A DNA stretch of 50,504 nt, from positions 1-50,504 of the forward strand of contig JAGWLG010000027.1 in the NCBI GenBank assembly GCA_028864975.1, read 5' to 3'. This document shows positions 26,769 to 36,522 of this stretch, piece by piece; the stretch's first letter is position 1; each line of letters opens with the position of its first letter. This DNA comes from Thermoplasmata archaeon (GTDB lineage Archaea; Thermoplasmatota; Thermoplasmata; Lutacidiplasmatales; UBA184). The position numbers and the translations under genes were made by a program. Under the pieces are notes generated by a model. It saw only the letters and a list, made by a program, of their open reading frames with translations, was not told the DNA's origin and did not search any database.

Positions 26769-26937
26769 CCGGAGTTTCCGAGCAGGAGAGGCGCTCTCGT
26801 CCTGCCGCTTCCTCACGAACGCCGCCACCCTGTAATAAGGGGCCTGACGGCAGGTCTTCGAATGCGGGGCCCGAGCCCCTCGAACGCCACGCACGCTGGG
26901 GCCGCCCGCACCGTCGTCTCTCGAGAAGAAGGCCGAG

Positions 26938-26950
26938 CCCTTTAATACGA
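26938..26950 (+). promoter_or_regulatory. TATA box of tuf-rps10
   Basis: TTTAATA about 40 nt upstream of the EF-1alpha ATG. Confidence 0.55.
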
Positions 26951-26985
26951 AGGCAACTTGCGCCGCGCGGGAGCACACGCTATCC

Positions 26986-28266
26986 ATGGCACAGAAGCCC
27001 CACCTGAACCTGGTGTTCATCGGTCACGTCGACCACGGCAAGTCGACCACGGTCGGTCGTATCCTGCTGGACGCCGGGGTGATCCGCCAAGAGGAGATCG
27101 ACAAGTTCCGCGCCGAGGCCGAGGCGAAGGGGAAGGCCACCTTCGAGTTCGCCTGGGTCATGGACGACCTCAAGGAGGAGCGGGAGCGAGGGGTCACGAT
27201 CGACATCGCCCACCGCCGCTTTGACACGGACAAGTACTACTTCACCATCATCGACGCCCCCGGCCACCGCGACTTCGTCAAGAACATGATCACGGGGACG
27301 AGCCAGGCCGACGCAGCCGTGCTCGTCTGTTCGGCCGCCGAGGGGGTCCAGGAGCAGACCCGGGAGCACATCTTCCTGTCCCGGACGCTCGGGATCCGCC
27401 AGTTGATCGTCGCGATCAACAAGATGGACCGCCAGGAGGTCGCCTACTCCGAGAAGCGGTTCAACGAGGTCAAGGAGGAGCTCTCGACCCGTCTCAAGCA
27501 GATCGGGTTCAAGATCCCCGAGCAGGTGACCTTCATCCCCATCTCGGCGTTCAAGGACGACAACATCAACAAGCCCTCGCCCAACATGCCCTGGTGGAAG
27601 GGCCCGACGCTGATGACGGCCCTCAACGCGCTCCAGGTTCCCGAGAAGCCTCTCGACAAGCCCCTGCGGCTCCCGGTCCAGGACGTCTACACCATCCAGG
27701 GGATCGGAACGGTCCCCGTCGGACGCATCGAGACCGGCAAGATGAAGCCGGGCGACAAGATCGTCTTCCAGCCCTCGGGGAAGGGCGGCGAGGTCAAGAG
27801 CATCGAGATGCACCACGAGCAGGTCACCGAGGCCATCCCCGGCGACAACGTGGGGTTCAACGTCCGCGGCATCGACAAGAACGACATCAAGCGCGGCGAT
27901 GTCGCAGGTCCCGCGAGCAGCCCGCCCACCGTCGTGGAGGCGTTCATCGCCCAGATCCAGGTGCTGAACCACCCCTCGGTCATCACGGAGGGGTACACCC
28001 CGGTCTTCCACTGCCACACGGCCCAGGTGGCCTGCGAATTCACCGAGCTGCAGAAGCAACTCGACCCGAAGACCGGCCAGCCGATGCCCGAGAAGCCCCA
28101 GACCTTGAAGACGGGGGACGCGGCGATCGTGAAGATCACGCCGAAGCGCCCGCTCGTGCTCGAGAAGTACAAGGAGTTCCCCCAGCTCGGCCGGTTCGCC
28201 ATCCGCGACATGGGTCAGACCATCGCCGCGGGCGTGGTCATCGACGTCAAGAAGCGGGAGGGCTGA
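26986..28266 (+). CDS. tuf: Translation elongation factor EF-1alpha
   Basis: [48 protein letters not shown] (archaeal type). Confidence 0.99.
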   Translation: MAQKPHLNLVFIGHVDHGKSTTVGRILLDAGVIRQEEIDKFRAEAEAKGKATFEFAWVMDDLKEERERGVTIDIAHRRFDTDKYYFTIIDAPGHRDFVKNMITGTSQADAAVLVCSAAEGVQEQTREHIFLSRTLGIRQLIVAINKMDRQEVAYSEKRFNEVKEELSTRLKQIGFKIPEQVTFIPISAFKDDNINKPSPNMPWWKGPTLMTALNALQVPEKPLDKPLRLPVQDVYTIQGIGTVPVGRIETGKMKPGDKIVFQPSGKGGEVKSIEMHHEQVTEAIPGDNVGFNVRGIDKNDIKRGDVAGPASSPPTVVEAFIAQIQVLNHPSVITEGYTPVFHCHTAQVACEFTELQKQLDPKTGQPMPEKPQTLKTGDAAIVKITPKRPLVLEKYKEFPQLGRFAIRDMGQTIAAGVVIDVKKREG

Positions 28267-28300
28267 AGGTCCTCCTCGGGTACGGGGCCCTCTCACGACG

Positions 28301-28612
28301 ATGGCGCAGAAGGCCCGTATCTCGCTCTCCGGGACCGACCCCCGCAAGGTCGACGCGGTCTGCGCTCAGATCAAGGAGATCTCCTCGCGCAGCGGCATCG
28401 ACATGACGGGACCGATCCCGCTGCCGACCAAGCGCCTGAAGGTCCCTGTCCGCAAAGGTCCGGACGGCGGAGGCTCCTCCACCATCGACCACTGGGAGCT
28501 GCGGATCCACAAGCGTCTGATCGACATCGACGCGGACGAGCGGGCGTTGCGCTCCGTGATGAGGATCCAGGTCCCGGACGGCGTCAACATCGAGATCGTC
28601 CTCAAGGCGTGA
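28301..28612 (+). CDS. rps10: 30S ribosomal protein S10 (uS10)
   Basis: [37 protein letters not shown]. Follows tuf. Confidence 0.98.
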   Translation: MAQKARISLSGTDPRKVDAVCAQIKEISSRSGIDMTGPIPLPTKRLKVPVRKGPDGGGSSTIDHWELRIHKRLIDIDADERALRSVMRIQVPDGVNIEIVLKA

Positions 28613-28872
28613 GCTTTCCTTCCGCGGGGACGACCCCCGACATGGGTGATGGGCAGGCTTTCTCCCACGCTCCACCGACGCATGGGCGGGCGTCGCCGCA
28701 ACCTCCCTGTGACCCGGACCCCGGGGAACCGGTCAACATCCCCCTCCCCGCCTTCTTCCCCATGACGAACATGCAGGCTCCCATCCTTCCCCACGGCCCG
28801 CGCCCACCGCACCCCGGCCAAGGCCCCGACTCGGACGACGGCCCGATCGGCCCCGCCCCGCCGTTGGGATGA

Positions 28873-28898
28873 ATACTTAGGTTCCCAAAGTATATACG
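28873..28898 (+). promoter_or_regulatory. TATA box overlapped by inverted repeat ATACTT-N9-AAGTAT
   Basis: ATACTT 28873-78 and AAGTAT 28888-93. TATATA lies about 25-30 nt before ATG 28922. Confidence 0.5.
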
Positions 28899-28921
28899 CA
28901 GCAGCGGCCTCACCCGTTAGG

Positions 28922-29578
28922 ATGACGCGGACGACCGAGGAGGCTTCCTCAGCCTCCGACAGCTCCCTCCGCCTGGATGATCGCGTGCGGGAGCTCCTCT
29001 CTGAGTTCCCAGGCTCTGTCGCTTTCCAGGGTCTCCGACGCACCCTGGGGGTCCACCCCGAGTCCCTGACGCGCGCCCTGCGGCGCTTGGAGCGCGAAGG
29101 CGCTGTCGAGAGGACGCAGGAGGGGTACCGCCTGACCGAAGCACGGAACTTGGACGCGCGCGGGACCTTCTCTCGCCCGGGGGCCCCCCGTTGGGAGGGC
29201 GCGCCCAGGGTCGAGCTCCGTCTCTCCCCTGGAGAGCAGGCCTCCCGTCTGATCGGCGCCCTCTCGGGGCGCTGGTTCGGCGAGTTCCGCTGGGTCGGCT
29301 CGTACGAGGAGGGCCGCAGGACAACGCTCCTCTGGGTCTCACGTCAGGGGCGTGAGCTCCTGGGGCTCGTGCTCGAAGGCGACCTCCTCCGGATCCACCA
29401 GCAGGGTCCCTCCGCCGCGATCCACGAGCGACCTTTCGCCTGCTACGAGCTGCTCCAGCACGTGCTCACGGCCCTTCGCGGGACGGAGCGCGGAGCCTCG
29501 CATCTCGCGCCCCCCGCGGTGCTGCCGCTCTCCTTCTCGACCCCAGCCACCCCCGGTCCACGCGACCTCGCAGGTTAG
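28922..29578 (+). CDS. Winged-helix DNA-binding protein with unknown C-terminal domain
   Basis: VRELLSEFPGSVAFQGLRRTLGVHPESLTRALRRLEREGAVERTQEGYRL is a wHTH. Confidence 0.75.
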   Translation: MTRTTEEASSASDSSLRLDDRVRELLSEFPGSVAFQGLRRTLGVHPESLTRALRRLEREGAVERTQEGYRLTEARNLDARGTFSRPGAPRWEGAPRVELRLSPGEQASRLIGALSGRWFGEFRWVGSYEEGRRTTLLWVSRQGRELLGLVLEGDLLRIHQQGPSAAIHERPFACYELLQHVLTALRGTERGASHLAPPAVLPLSFSTPATPGPRDLAG

Positions 29579-29623
29579 GTCGACCCGGCCAGGTATTTTA
29601 TCCGTCAACGGCCATCGCCGGTC

Positions 29624-30208
29624 GTGAAGATCGGGGCGGATGCCCACTGGATCGTCCGAGGGCGGCTCCTAGCCTCCCGGGCCCCCCACGACCTCTCGGA
29701 GATGCGCTCGCTCGCCCAAGAGGGGGTGACGCACGTGCTCAGCCTCGTCGATGCGACGGAGGAGGAGGGCTGGTCCTCGGACGCGGGGCTCGAGTACCAG
29801 GAGAGCAAGATGGACGAGATGGGTTCACCTTCCGTCGCTCAGGTGCAGGAAGCGCTCTCCCGGGTGCTGGGGGCGCTACGTTCCGGTAACGACCGGTGCG
29901 TCCTCGTCCACTGCCACGCCGGTATCGGCCGAGCGGGCGTCGTCGCGGCAGCGTTCCTGGGCACGGTCGCGGGGCTGACCCCGGAGGAGGCCGTCTCCGA
30001 GGTCCGCCATCGGAGGCCGGGCGCCCTCTGGAGCCAGGACAAGGAGGTCGCCGTCGAGGAGTTCCTGCGCGCGTTCGCGGAGGGGAAGGTCCGCCTCGAA
30101 GGCGAACACCCCTGCCCGCGGTGCGAGACCCGCATCCTCCATCCCCGCCTCTGCTTCCGTTGCTCGGGAGCGACGGACCTCGACGCCTTCCTTGGAGCCG
30201 GTAGCTGA
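29624..30208 (+). CDS. Dual-specificity protein phosphatase family protein with C-terminal Zn ribbon
   Basis: VLVHCHAGIGRA (CX5R), EVRHRRPGAL, terminal CPRC..CFRC. GTG start, with TATTTTAT about 25 nt upstream. Confidence 0.9.
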   Translation: MKIGADAHWIVRGRLLASRAPHDLSEMRSLAQEGVTHVLSLVDATEEEGWSSDAGLEYQESKMDEMGSPSVAQVQEALSRVLGALRSGNDRCVLVHCHAGIGRAGVVAAAFLGTVAGLTPEEAVSEVRHRRPGALWSQDKEVAVEEFLRAFAEGKVRLEGEHPCPRCETRILHPRLCFRCSGATDLDAFLGAGS

Positions 30209-30293
30209 GAGCGATGGCCCCATCGCACAGCCCTCCCGAGGGAAAGGGGGCCCCGGGAAGGGGGATAACCCACGTCCCCATGGCGACCGTCCG

Positions 30294-30911
30294 ATGTGGG
30301 CGAGGACCGGGGTCCCGCTCCTCCTGGTGAGCGGGGGGGCCACGCTCCTGCTGCTCGCGCTCGCGATGAGCTCTCGGGTCGAGTGGCTCCTCCTGCCTCT
30401 CGCCGCGGCCGCCTTCTTCCTCCTCCTCTTCCTGGTCTTCTTCCGCGACCCCGAACGGACCCCTGGGAAGGGGATCGTGGCGGCGGCCGATGGACGCGTC
30501 CTTTCCGTGCGTCAGGAGGGAGGACGCCTGCGGATCGCCACGTTCATGAACGTGACGAACGTGCACGTCAACCGGGTCCCTTTCCCCGGCTACCTGGTCC
30601 GCGTGGACGACCGCGGGGGCCCCAAGCGTCCCGCGTTCTCTCCCGAAGCGGAGGGGAACTCGCAAAAGCGCTACCTCTTCGGAACTCCGCTCGGACTGGT
30701 CGAGGTGGTCCAGATCACGGGGCTCGTCGCGCGCCGATGCATCGCCTGGAAGGGGGCAGGATCGCCCTGTCGGAAGGGGGACCGGATGGGCATGATCGCC
30801 TTCGGGTCCCGGGTCGACGTGGTGCTCCCAGCTTCCAAGGTCCGGGTATCCGTGAAGCTAGGAGCGCGGGTCCGCGCGGGGACGGACACCCTGGCCGAGG
30901 TCGTGGCATGA
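30294..30911 (+). CDS. psd: Phosphatidylserine/archaetidylserine decarboxylase proenzyme
   Basis: FFRDPER, AAADGRV, FMNVTNVHVNR, QITGLVARR, GMIAFGSRVD (GS autocleavage site). Confidence 0.93.
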   Translation: MWARTGVPLLLVSGGATLLLLALAMSSRVEWLLLPLAAAAFFLLLFLVFFRDPERTPGKGIVAAADGRVLSVRQEGGRLRIATFMNVTNVHVNRVPFPGYLVRVDDRGGPKRPAFSPEAEGNSQKRYLFGTPLGLVEVVQITGLVARRCIAWKGAGSPCRKGDRMGMIAFGSRVDVVLPASKVRVSVKLGARVRAGTDTLAEVVA

Positions 30912-31687
30912 CCCGGCACCCCAAGGCCTGGAGGGCGGCGGCCGACCTGGCCACCGTCGCGAACGCGCTCTCGGGGATCGGGGCGGTCCTCTACATCCTC
31001 GCCGGCAACAAACCGTTCGGCCTCTTCCTGATCCTGGCGGGCGTGGGATGGGACGGCCTGGACGGCTTCTTCTCCCGTCGGGCCGGCGGGAGCGGGACGA
31101 CCTTCGGAAGGGTCGCGGACTCCTGCGCGGACGCGATCACCTTCTGCCTGGCGCCAGGGGCCGCGATCGCCTTCGACCTCTACCCCCGGTCGGTCTGGGC
31201 CCCTTGGGACCTCGCCGCGCTCGTCGTGGGAGGCGCGGTCGCCGCGGTCGGGATCGCGCGCTTGGTCTACTTCACGCTCGTGGCGTACAAGCGGCACCAC
31301 TTCTCTGGCGCATCGACCCCCCAGAACGCGATGTGGGTGATCCTCCTCGTCCTGCTCTTCCAGCGGCCGGGGTTCCTGGTGGAATCTCCCCCGCTCTTCC
31401 TCTTGCTCGCGGCGGCCTTCGTGCCCTTGATGGTCCTCCCCGTCCGCTACCCGAAGCTCCGTCGGGGAGCTCCTCTGCGCCGGGTGACGGCGATCATGGC
31501 CACCGCGCTCTCCGGTGCGCTCATCGCGGTGAACCTCCAACCGTTCCTCGGCACCCCGGCCTTCCTCCTCGCCTATGTGGCGACCGCCCTTTCCGCCGGG
31601 CTCCTGCTCTTCTTCTACCTGGCCGGACCGTTCGTCACGCCCAAGGAATCGGAGGTGCCCTCGCATGAGTCGACGCCCGCCGCGTGA
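30908..31687 (+). CDS. pssA: CDP-alcohol phosphatidyltransferase (archaetidylserine synthase-like)
   Basis: DGLDGFFSRR...FGRVADSCAD motif, multiple TM helices. ATGA overlap with psd. Confidence 0.88.
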   Translation: MTRHPKAWRAAADLATVANALSGIGAVLYILAGNKPFGLFLILAGVGWDGLDGFFSRRAGGSGTTFGRVADSCADAITFCLAPGAAIAFDLYPRSVWAPWDLAALVVGGAVAAVGIARLVYFTLVAYKRHHFSGASTPQNAMWVILLVLLFQRPGFLVESPPLFLLLAAAFVPLMVLPVRYPKLRRGAPLRRVTAIMATALSGALIAVNLQPFLGTPAFLLAYVATALSAGLLLFFYLAGPFVTPKESEVPSHESTPAA

Positions 31688-32087
31688 GACGACCCGCCTG
31701 GTCTCGGACCGAGAGCAGGCGCTCTTCGAGGTGGGCATCAAGCTGGGGGGGCTCTTCCACCAGTTCATCGGGGTCCCGGTCTCCCCCCGCACTGCCGGGC
31801 TGCTGGCGAGGTCCATCGAACAGGCGGTCGGTCTCCAGCCCTTCGTGGAACGGGCCCGCGTCCGCCTGCACCTTGAGCGGGCGGGTCGTGGCGGCACCGG
31901 GCGGTTCGGGTACCACTATCTCACGGCGCCGATGATCGAGGCCGAGGTCCGGGTACGCGTGGGGAAAGCGCGGGTCCGGGCGCAGCTCTCCTTCCGCGAG
32001 GACCTTCGATACCCGTTGATGCGGGTGGTCGACGACCCCCCTCTCCGCACGACCCGAAGCTCCCCCCGGCGACGCTCCGCTACGTGA
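31665..32087 (+). CDS. mptD: Archaeal dihydroneopterin aldolase
   Basis: DREQALFEVGIKLGGLFHQFIGVPV, SIEQAVGLQPFV, FGYHYL, RYPLM. Confidence 0.88.
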   Translation: MSRRPPRETTRLVSDREQALFEVGIKLGGLFHQFIGVPVSPRTAGLLARSIEQAVGLQPFVERARVRLHLERAGRGGTGRFGYHYLTAPMIEAEVRVRVGKARVRAQLSFREDLRYPLMRVVDDPPLRTTRSSPRRRSAT

Positions 32088-32366
32088 GGTCCCACCGTCC
32101 CCGGGCGTTGGGTCTCTCCCGCCTGGGGAAGGTGTACGTGCCAGCGGCGGTAGCACCGCACCTCCGGGGTGATCCTAGGGAACCTCCGGGCACTTCGCGA
32201 GAACCCTGGCTGTCGAAACTCCTGCTCATCGAGAGACCGGTCGTCGGTCGGCTCGAGAACCCCCCGGAATCGTCCCCGAGTCGAGCGAAAAGTCGCCTCG
32301 CGAGGCTTGGACAGCGAGGTACGCTCAGCCCGCACGCTTATGCAACCCTCATCGCATCGTTAGACG

Positions 32367-35300
32367 ATGCGTCGCGAGGGTGTCCTCGCCCTTGGGGGGG
32401 TGGCGGTCGCCCTCCTCCTGCTCCTCCCCATCTCCTATGGGTCGGGATCCTCCCAGAACGAGACCGCCGGACTTCCGCACCCCGGTTCGCCCGCAGCCGC
32501 CACGGGCGCGACCCAGCCCTACCGGGCGGCCGAGGCGGCGCCGCCCTCCATACTCTCTTCCTCCCCCTCCAACGTCTACGACCGCCTGAAGGCCCTCGCC
32601 ACGCCATCGGCGGGGATCTTCGCCCAGGACCCGACGACCCTCACCTGGACCAATCTGACCGTCCCTCGACTCCCCCCCGCCGTAGCCGAGGCTTCCATGG
32701 CCTTCGACGCCTCCCGTGCCGTCAGCATCCTGTTCGGGGGGGCGACCGCCCAGAACGTGGCGCTCAACACCACCTGGAGCTACGACTCCCGCACGGGGCA
32801 GTGGACCGAGCTCGCCCTCGCCCGGGCGCCTCCCGCCCGCTCGGGCGCAGGAATGGCCTATGACCCGGTCTCGGGCGACCTTCTCCTGTTCGGCGGGTAC
32901 CTGCCCGCGGTCCCGGGAGCGATCTTCGGCGACTGCTGGCTCCTCCCTCCCACAGGGCCCTGGACGCCCTGCCCGACCATGGGGCAGGGGCCCGCGCTGT
33001 GGCCCGCCGCGCGCCTGAACCCGACCTTGGTGAGCGACCCCGCGATGGGAGGTGTGGTCATGTACGGCGGCCAGAACACCACGGGCTCGTTCGGGGACAC
33101 GTGGCTCTGGACCGCCGCCGGGGGGTGGCTGCTCCTTCAGCCCACAGGAAGTGCCCCCAGGGCCGTCTGGGGGATGGAAGGGGCGACCCTGCCCGGGAAC
33201 GGAGGGATCCTCGTCTACGGGGGCGCCGTCACGTCGCATCTGGGCGACAAGTTCTACTTCGACGCCTACGAGCTCTCCCCCTCCTCGGTCTGGACCAACG
33301 TGGGTTCGGTCCCGAATCCCGGAGGGATGACCGGGGGAAGTGCGCTCGGGGCCATGGCGTACGTCCCGGCCCTCGCCGGGGTCGTGCTGTACGGCGGGGC
33401 CTACAGCTACGACACGTACACGGCCACCACCTACGCCTCGGAACAGACCTGGGTCCTCTCCTGGAACGGCTCCAACGCGACGCACCGGTGGTCGGAGCTC
33501 GCGGTCCAGAACATCTCGGGGGAGGCCGAGATGGCCTCCGACTACGATACGGGCCTGGGCGCGATGCTCGTCTTCGGCGGGGTCCCGACCACGTCCGGGA
33601 CCCTCCCCCCCATCCCCGTCCACACCGAGTTCGACCAGTTCTCCGCCGCGGTGGGGTGGATGCCGGCATTCAATGCGACGACCCCTCCGGCCCTGGGGTT
33701 CCCCTCGGTGGCCTACGACACCTCGAACGGGGACCTGTTGGTCTTCGGCGGGATCACGTCCATCGACGCGTCCTCCCTCACGGTGAACGCCACGAACGAG
33801 ACCTGGGTGTTCACCCCCGCAGGGTCGTGGGTCCTGGAGCACCCGCAGCACGCTCCTCCCCAGGTCGCGGGCGCGACCCTCGAATACCTACCTGCGCCGA
33901 TGGACGAGTTCGTGCTCTTCGGGGGGTTCACCTACTACCACGCGATCAACGAGACCTGGTACTATCGCGTCGGCGGGGACTGGACGAACGCGACCGGAGG
34001 GGTGGCCCCCCCTCCCCGGGCGACCAGCGCCGTGGCCTTGGCCCCCGGGGGGGACGACTTCTACCTCTTCGGAGGCTTCGCGGGGTGCTCGCAAGGACTT
34101 CCCGGCATCACCGCTTCGCGGTTCTTCGGCGACACCTGGGAGTTCACTCCCTCGGGGTGGAGGAATCTCACCACGGGCGGAGCTCCCCGCCCGAGAGCCG
34201 GCTCCTTCCTCGTCCCCTCCTCCGTCCCGGGGATCGACCTCTTGGCGGGGGGCACCGGACCGCAGTCCCCCGGGTGCGTCACGAACATCCTCACGCTCGA
34301 CGACCAGTGGGCGTTCAACACGACGGACGCGAGCTGGCAGCAGCTCCCTCACTTCCTCAACTCCTCCGCCCCGGTCTTCGGCTGCGCCACCTACGATCCC
34401 ATGGAGCACGAGGACCTCTACGGATTCGGGATCTCGGGGATCCGCCTCCTCGCGATCGGGTACAGCAACTCCACCTGGCGGGCGGGGTCCAACCTCACCT
34501 TCGACCGTGCGGCTCAATGGAGCCCCCTTGCGGGGACGCAGGGGGAAGCGGACTGGGCCCCCAGCGCCCGCGCGACCGCCAACTGCGTCTACGACCCGCT
34601 TCTCCAGGGGACGTTCCTGTTCGGCGGGCTAGGTCAGACCGGGGCAGGGCCCTACTCTCTCCTCCGCGACTCCTGGCTCCTGCGCGACGTGGCCTGGAGC
34701 ATCTCCGTCCCGACCCCCCAAGAGGTGGTGAACGCCTCCTTCACCCTGAACCTGAGCGCGCTCGACCCGTTCGGAGCCCTGGCGCCCCGGAACGCCACCC
34801 TCTTCCTGAGCGACACCACGGGAACGATCTCCCCTTCGACCGCGACGCTCGTGGAAGGGAAGGTCTCCCTGCAGGCAGTCGTCCGGGCCCCGGCGGCCTC
34901 GGACCGGGTCGAGGCGTGCGGGCTCGGGATCTGCGTGAACCTGACGGTGGAGGTCGCATCGCCGCCAGTACGCCTGGTACTCTCCGGCCTCCCTTCGACG
35001 ATAACCGCCGGGTCCCCCACTCCGATCACGGTCGAGGTCGTCAACGCCTCGGGCGACGCGGTCCCGACCTGGAAGGGGAACTCCTCGCTCGCTGTCCCGG
35101 GTGGGGTGGTCGTCCCCTCGCAGGTGACCCTCGCCGCGGGAGTGGGGTCGACGAACGTGCGCTTCCTGCGAGCGGGGACGGGCCTCTCGCTCTGGGCCCA
35201 AGCCAGTGCCCTGGGGACCTCCCAGGGGCCGTTCACCGTGGTCCCTTCCTACCTCTCCGTCCTCAACGTGACCCCGCGGCCCTCGACCGTGCTGACCGGG

Positions 35301-35822
35301 GGGTGGCTGAGCTTGGAGGTCAAGGGCTCGGACGCCTACGGGAACCCGGTCTCCGGCAGCGTCGTGGCCCTCTCCGACGCCCTGGGCGACCTCAAGGGCA
35401 CGACCGCGACGCTCGAGAACGGCTCGCTCGCCGTTCAGGGGCAGGTCGGAGCGGCCGCCGGCACCGACACGGTCGCGGCCATCTCCGGCAACGTCTCGGG
35501 AAGCGCCCCGCTCACCGTCGACGCCTCCCCCGTCCCTCCCAACCCCACCCCCACGGCTCGCACGAACCCAGCTCCGTTCCCATGGTATCTCGTGGTCCTG
35601 GCGGCCGCCGCGATGGGGCTTCTCGCAGGCCTCCTCTTGCTGGCCGAGCTGCGCCGTCGGGAGCGAGCGACCAAGCGGAAGGGCGGAAAGAAGGCGCGCG
35701 AGGCGTCCTCGAAGGAACCGTCGAAGGAGAAGGCCGCGCCCTCCGGGTTCCTGGCCTTCATCCCGGCAGAGGAGGAAGAAGAGGAGTCGGGTCCCCCGGA
35801 GGAAGGCGGCGAGGGAACGTAG
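32367..35822 (+). CDS. Large secreted kelch-repeat/Ig-like surface protein with C-terminal TM
   Basis: Signal peptide, many (A/G)xMAYD...LLFGG...(N/D)TW repeats, Ig-like C-terminal region, TM WYLVVLAAAAMGLLAGLLLL, then a basic/acidic tail. Confidence 0.88.
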   Translation: MRREGVLALGGVAVALLLLLPISYGSGSSQNETAGLPHPGSPAAATGATQPYRAAEAAPPSILSSSPSNVYDRLKALATPSAGIFAQDPTTLTWTNLTVPRLPPAVAEASMAFDASRAVSILFGGATAQNVALNTTWSYDSRTGQWTELALARAPPARSGAGMAYDPVSGDLLLFGGYLPAVPGAIFGDCWLLPPTGPWTPCPTMGQGPALWPAARLNPTLVSDPAMGGVVMYGGQNTTGSFGDTWLWTAAGGWLLLQPTGSAPRAVWGMEGATLPGNGGILVYGGAVTSHLGDKFYFDAYELSPSSVWTNVGSVPNPGGMTGGSALGAMAYVPALAGVVLYGGAYSYDTYTATTYASEQTWVLSWNGSNATHRWSELAVQNISGEAEMASDYDTGLGAMLVFGGVPTTSGTLPPIPVHTEFDQFSAAVGWMPAFNATTPPALGFPSVAYDTSNGDLLVFGGITSIDASSLTVNATNETWVFTPAGSWVLEHPQHAPPQVAGATLEYLPAPMDEFVLFGGFTYYHAINETWYYRVGGDWTNATGGVAPPPRATSAVALAPGGDDFYLFGGFAGCSQGLPGITASRFFGDTWEFTPSGWRNLTTGGAPRPRAGSFLVPSSVPGIDLLAGGTGPQSPGCVTNILTLDDQWAFNTTDASWQQLPHFLNSSAPVFGCATYDPMEHEDLYGFGISGIRLLAIGYSNSTWRAGSNLTFDRAAQWSPLAGTQGEADWAPSARATANCVYDPLLQGTFLFGGLGQTGAGPYSLLRDSWLLRDVAWSISVPTPQEVVNASFTLNLSALDPFGALAPRNATLFLSDTTGTISPSTATLVEGKVSLQAVVRAPAASDRVEACGLGICVNLTVEVASPPVRLVLSGLPSTITAGSPTPITVEVVNASGDAVPTWKGNSSLAVPGGVVVPSQVTLAAGVGSTNVRFLRAGTGLSLWAQASALGTSQGPFTVVPSYLSVLNVTPRPSTVLTGGWLSLEVKGSDAYGNPVSGSVVALSDALGDLKGTTATLENGSLAVQGQVGAAAGTDTVAAISGNVSGSAPLTVDASPVPPNPTPTARTNPAPFPWYLVVLAAAAMGLLAGLLLLAELRRRERATKRKGGKKAREASSKEPSKEKAAPSGFLAFIPAEEEEEESGPPEEGGEGT

Positions 35823-35949
35823 GGGGCTTCCTCGCCCCTCCTCCGACGACCTCGTGAGGGCGCGGCGGGACCCCCCGTTGGGCTTGGGGGTGGGGGGCCG
35901 AACGTAAATACGCACGCGAACGTACTACTGGGGGGGGACAGGCGGCGCA

Positions 35950-36498
35950 GTGCGGGCCTTCGGTGCGCAGCTCCTGAGCGCGGAGCAGGGGGAGGCCCGG
36001 GAGACCGGGAAGGTCCTTCTCGACCTCGCGACCGATCTCTACAGTCCCCACGATGCCGTGCGCAAGGAACTGGGGGTCGAGCTCCGGATGCTGGGCGAGC
36101 GGCTGGTCGGTCTGGACGAAGAGGTGCTGCACCCGCTCTCGGAGCGTCTCGAGCAGCTCGGGCGTCCCGGGCGCAGTGTCGAGGAGTCCCGGCAGTTGGC
36201 GGAGGAGATCCGACGCCTCGCGCGGGACCTGTTGGAGCTCTCCGATCGGTTGGGCGCCCTCGCGAGCCAGGCCCATCAGCTCGGCCCGTCCTACCGGACC
36301 TTCGTTCAGAGGGGTGAGTCGCTTTCCCATCGCTTGACCGACCTCGGCTCGAGGGTCTCGTCGGTCGGGGACCGGCTCGCGTCCATGCGTTCGGAGGAGC
36401 TGAGCTTCCTCAATTCCATGGCCATGAAGCGCCGGCCCTACGGTCCTGCCCATCCTGGGGCCGGGTCCTCCGGCCCCAGCCCCGTCGCCCCTCCCTGA
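35950..36498 (+). CDS. Hypothetical alpha-helical/coiled-coil protein
   Basis: Heptad-like Leu/Glu/Arg composition. TAAATA about 40 nt upstream. GTG start. Confidence 0.6.
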   Translation: MRAFGAQLLSAEQGEARETGKVLLDLATDLYSPHDAVRKELGVELRMLGERLVGLDEEVLHPLSERLEQLGRPGRSVEESRQLAEEIRRLARDLLELSDRLGALASQAHQLGPSYRTFVQRGESLSHRLTDLGSRVSSVGDRLASMRSEELSFLNSMAMKRRPYGPAHPGAGSSGPSPVAPP

Positions 36499-36522
36499 AG
36501 GGGGAGGAGGGACGCGGAGCGC

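Noticed and set aside
26986-28612. tuf-rps10 without upstream rps12-rps7-fusA
   Set aside because: Splitting of the str operon is common in archaea, so this is not evidence of novelty.
32137-32153. GTGCCAGCGGCGGTA resembling the 16S rRNA 515 region
   Set aside because: Short imperfect match with no flanking rRNA sequence.
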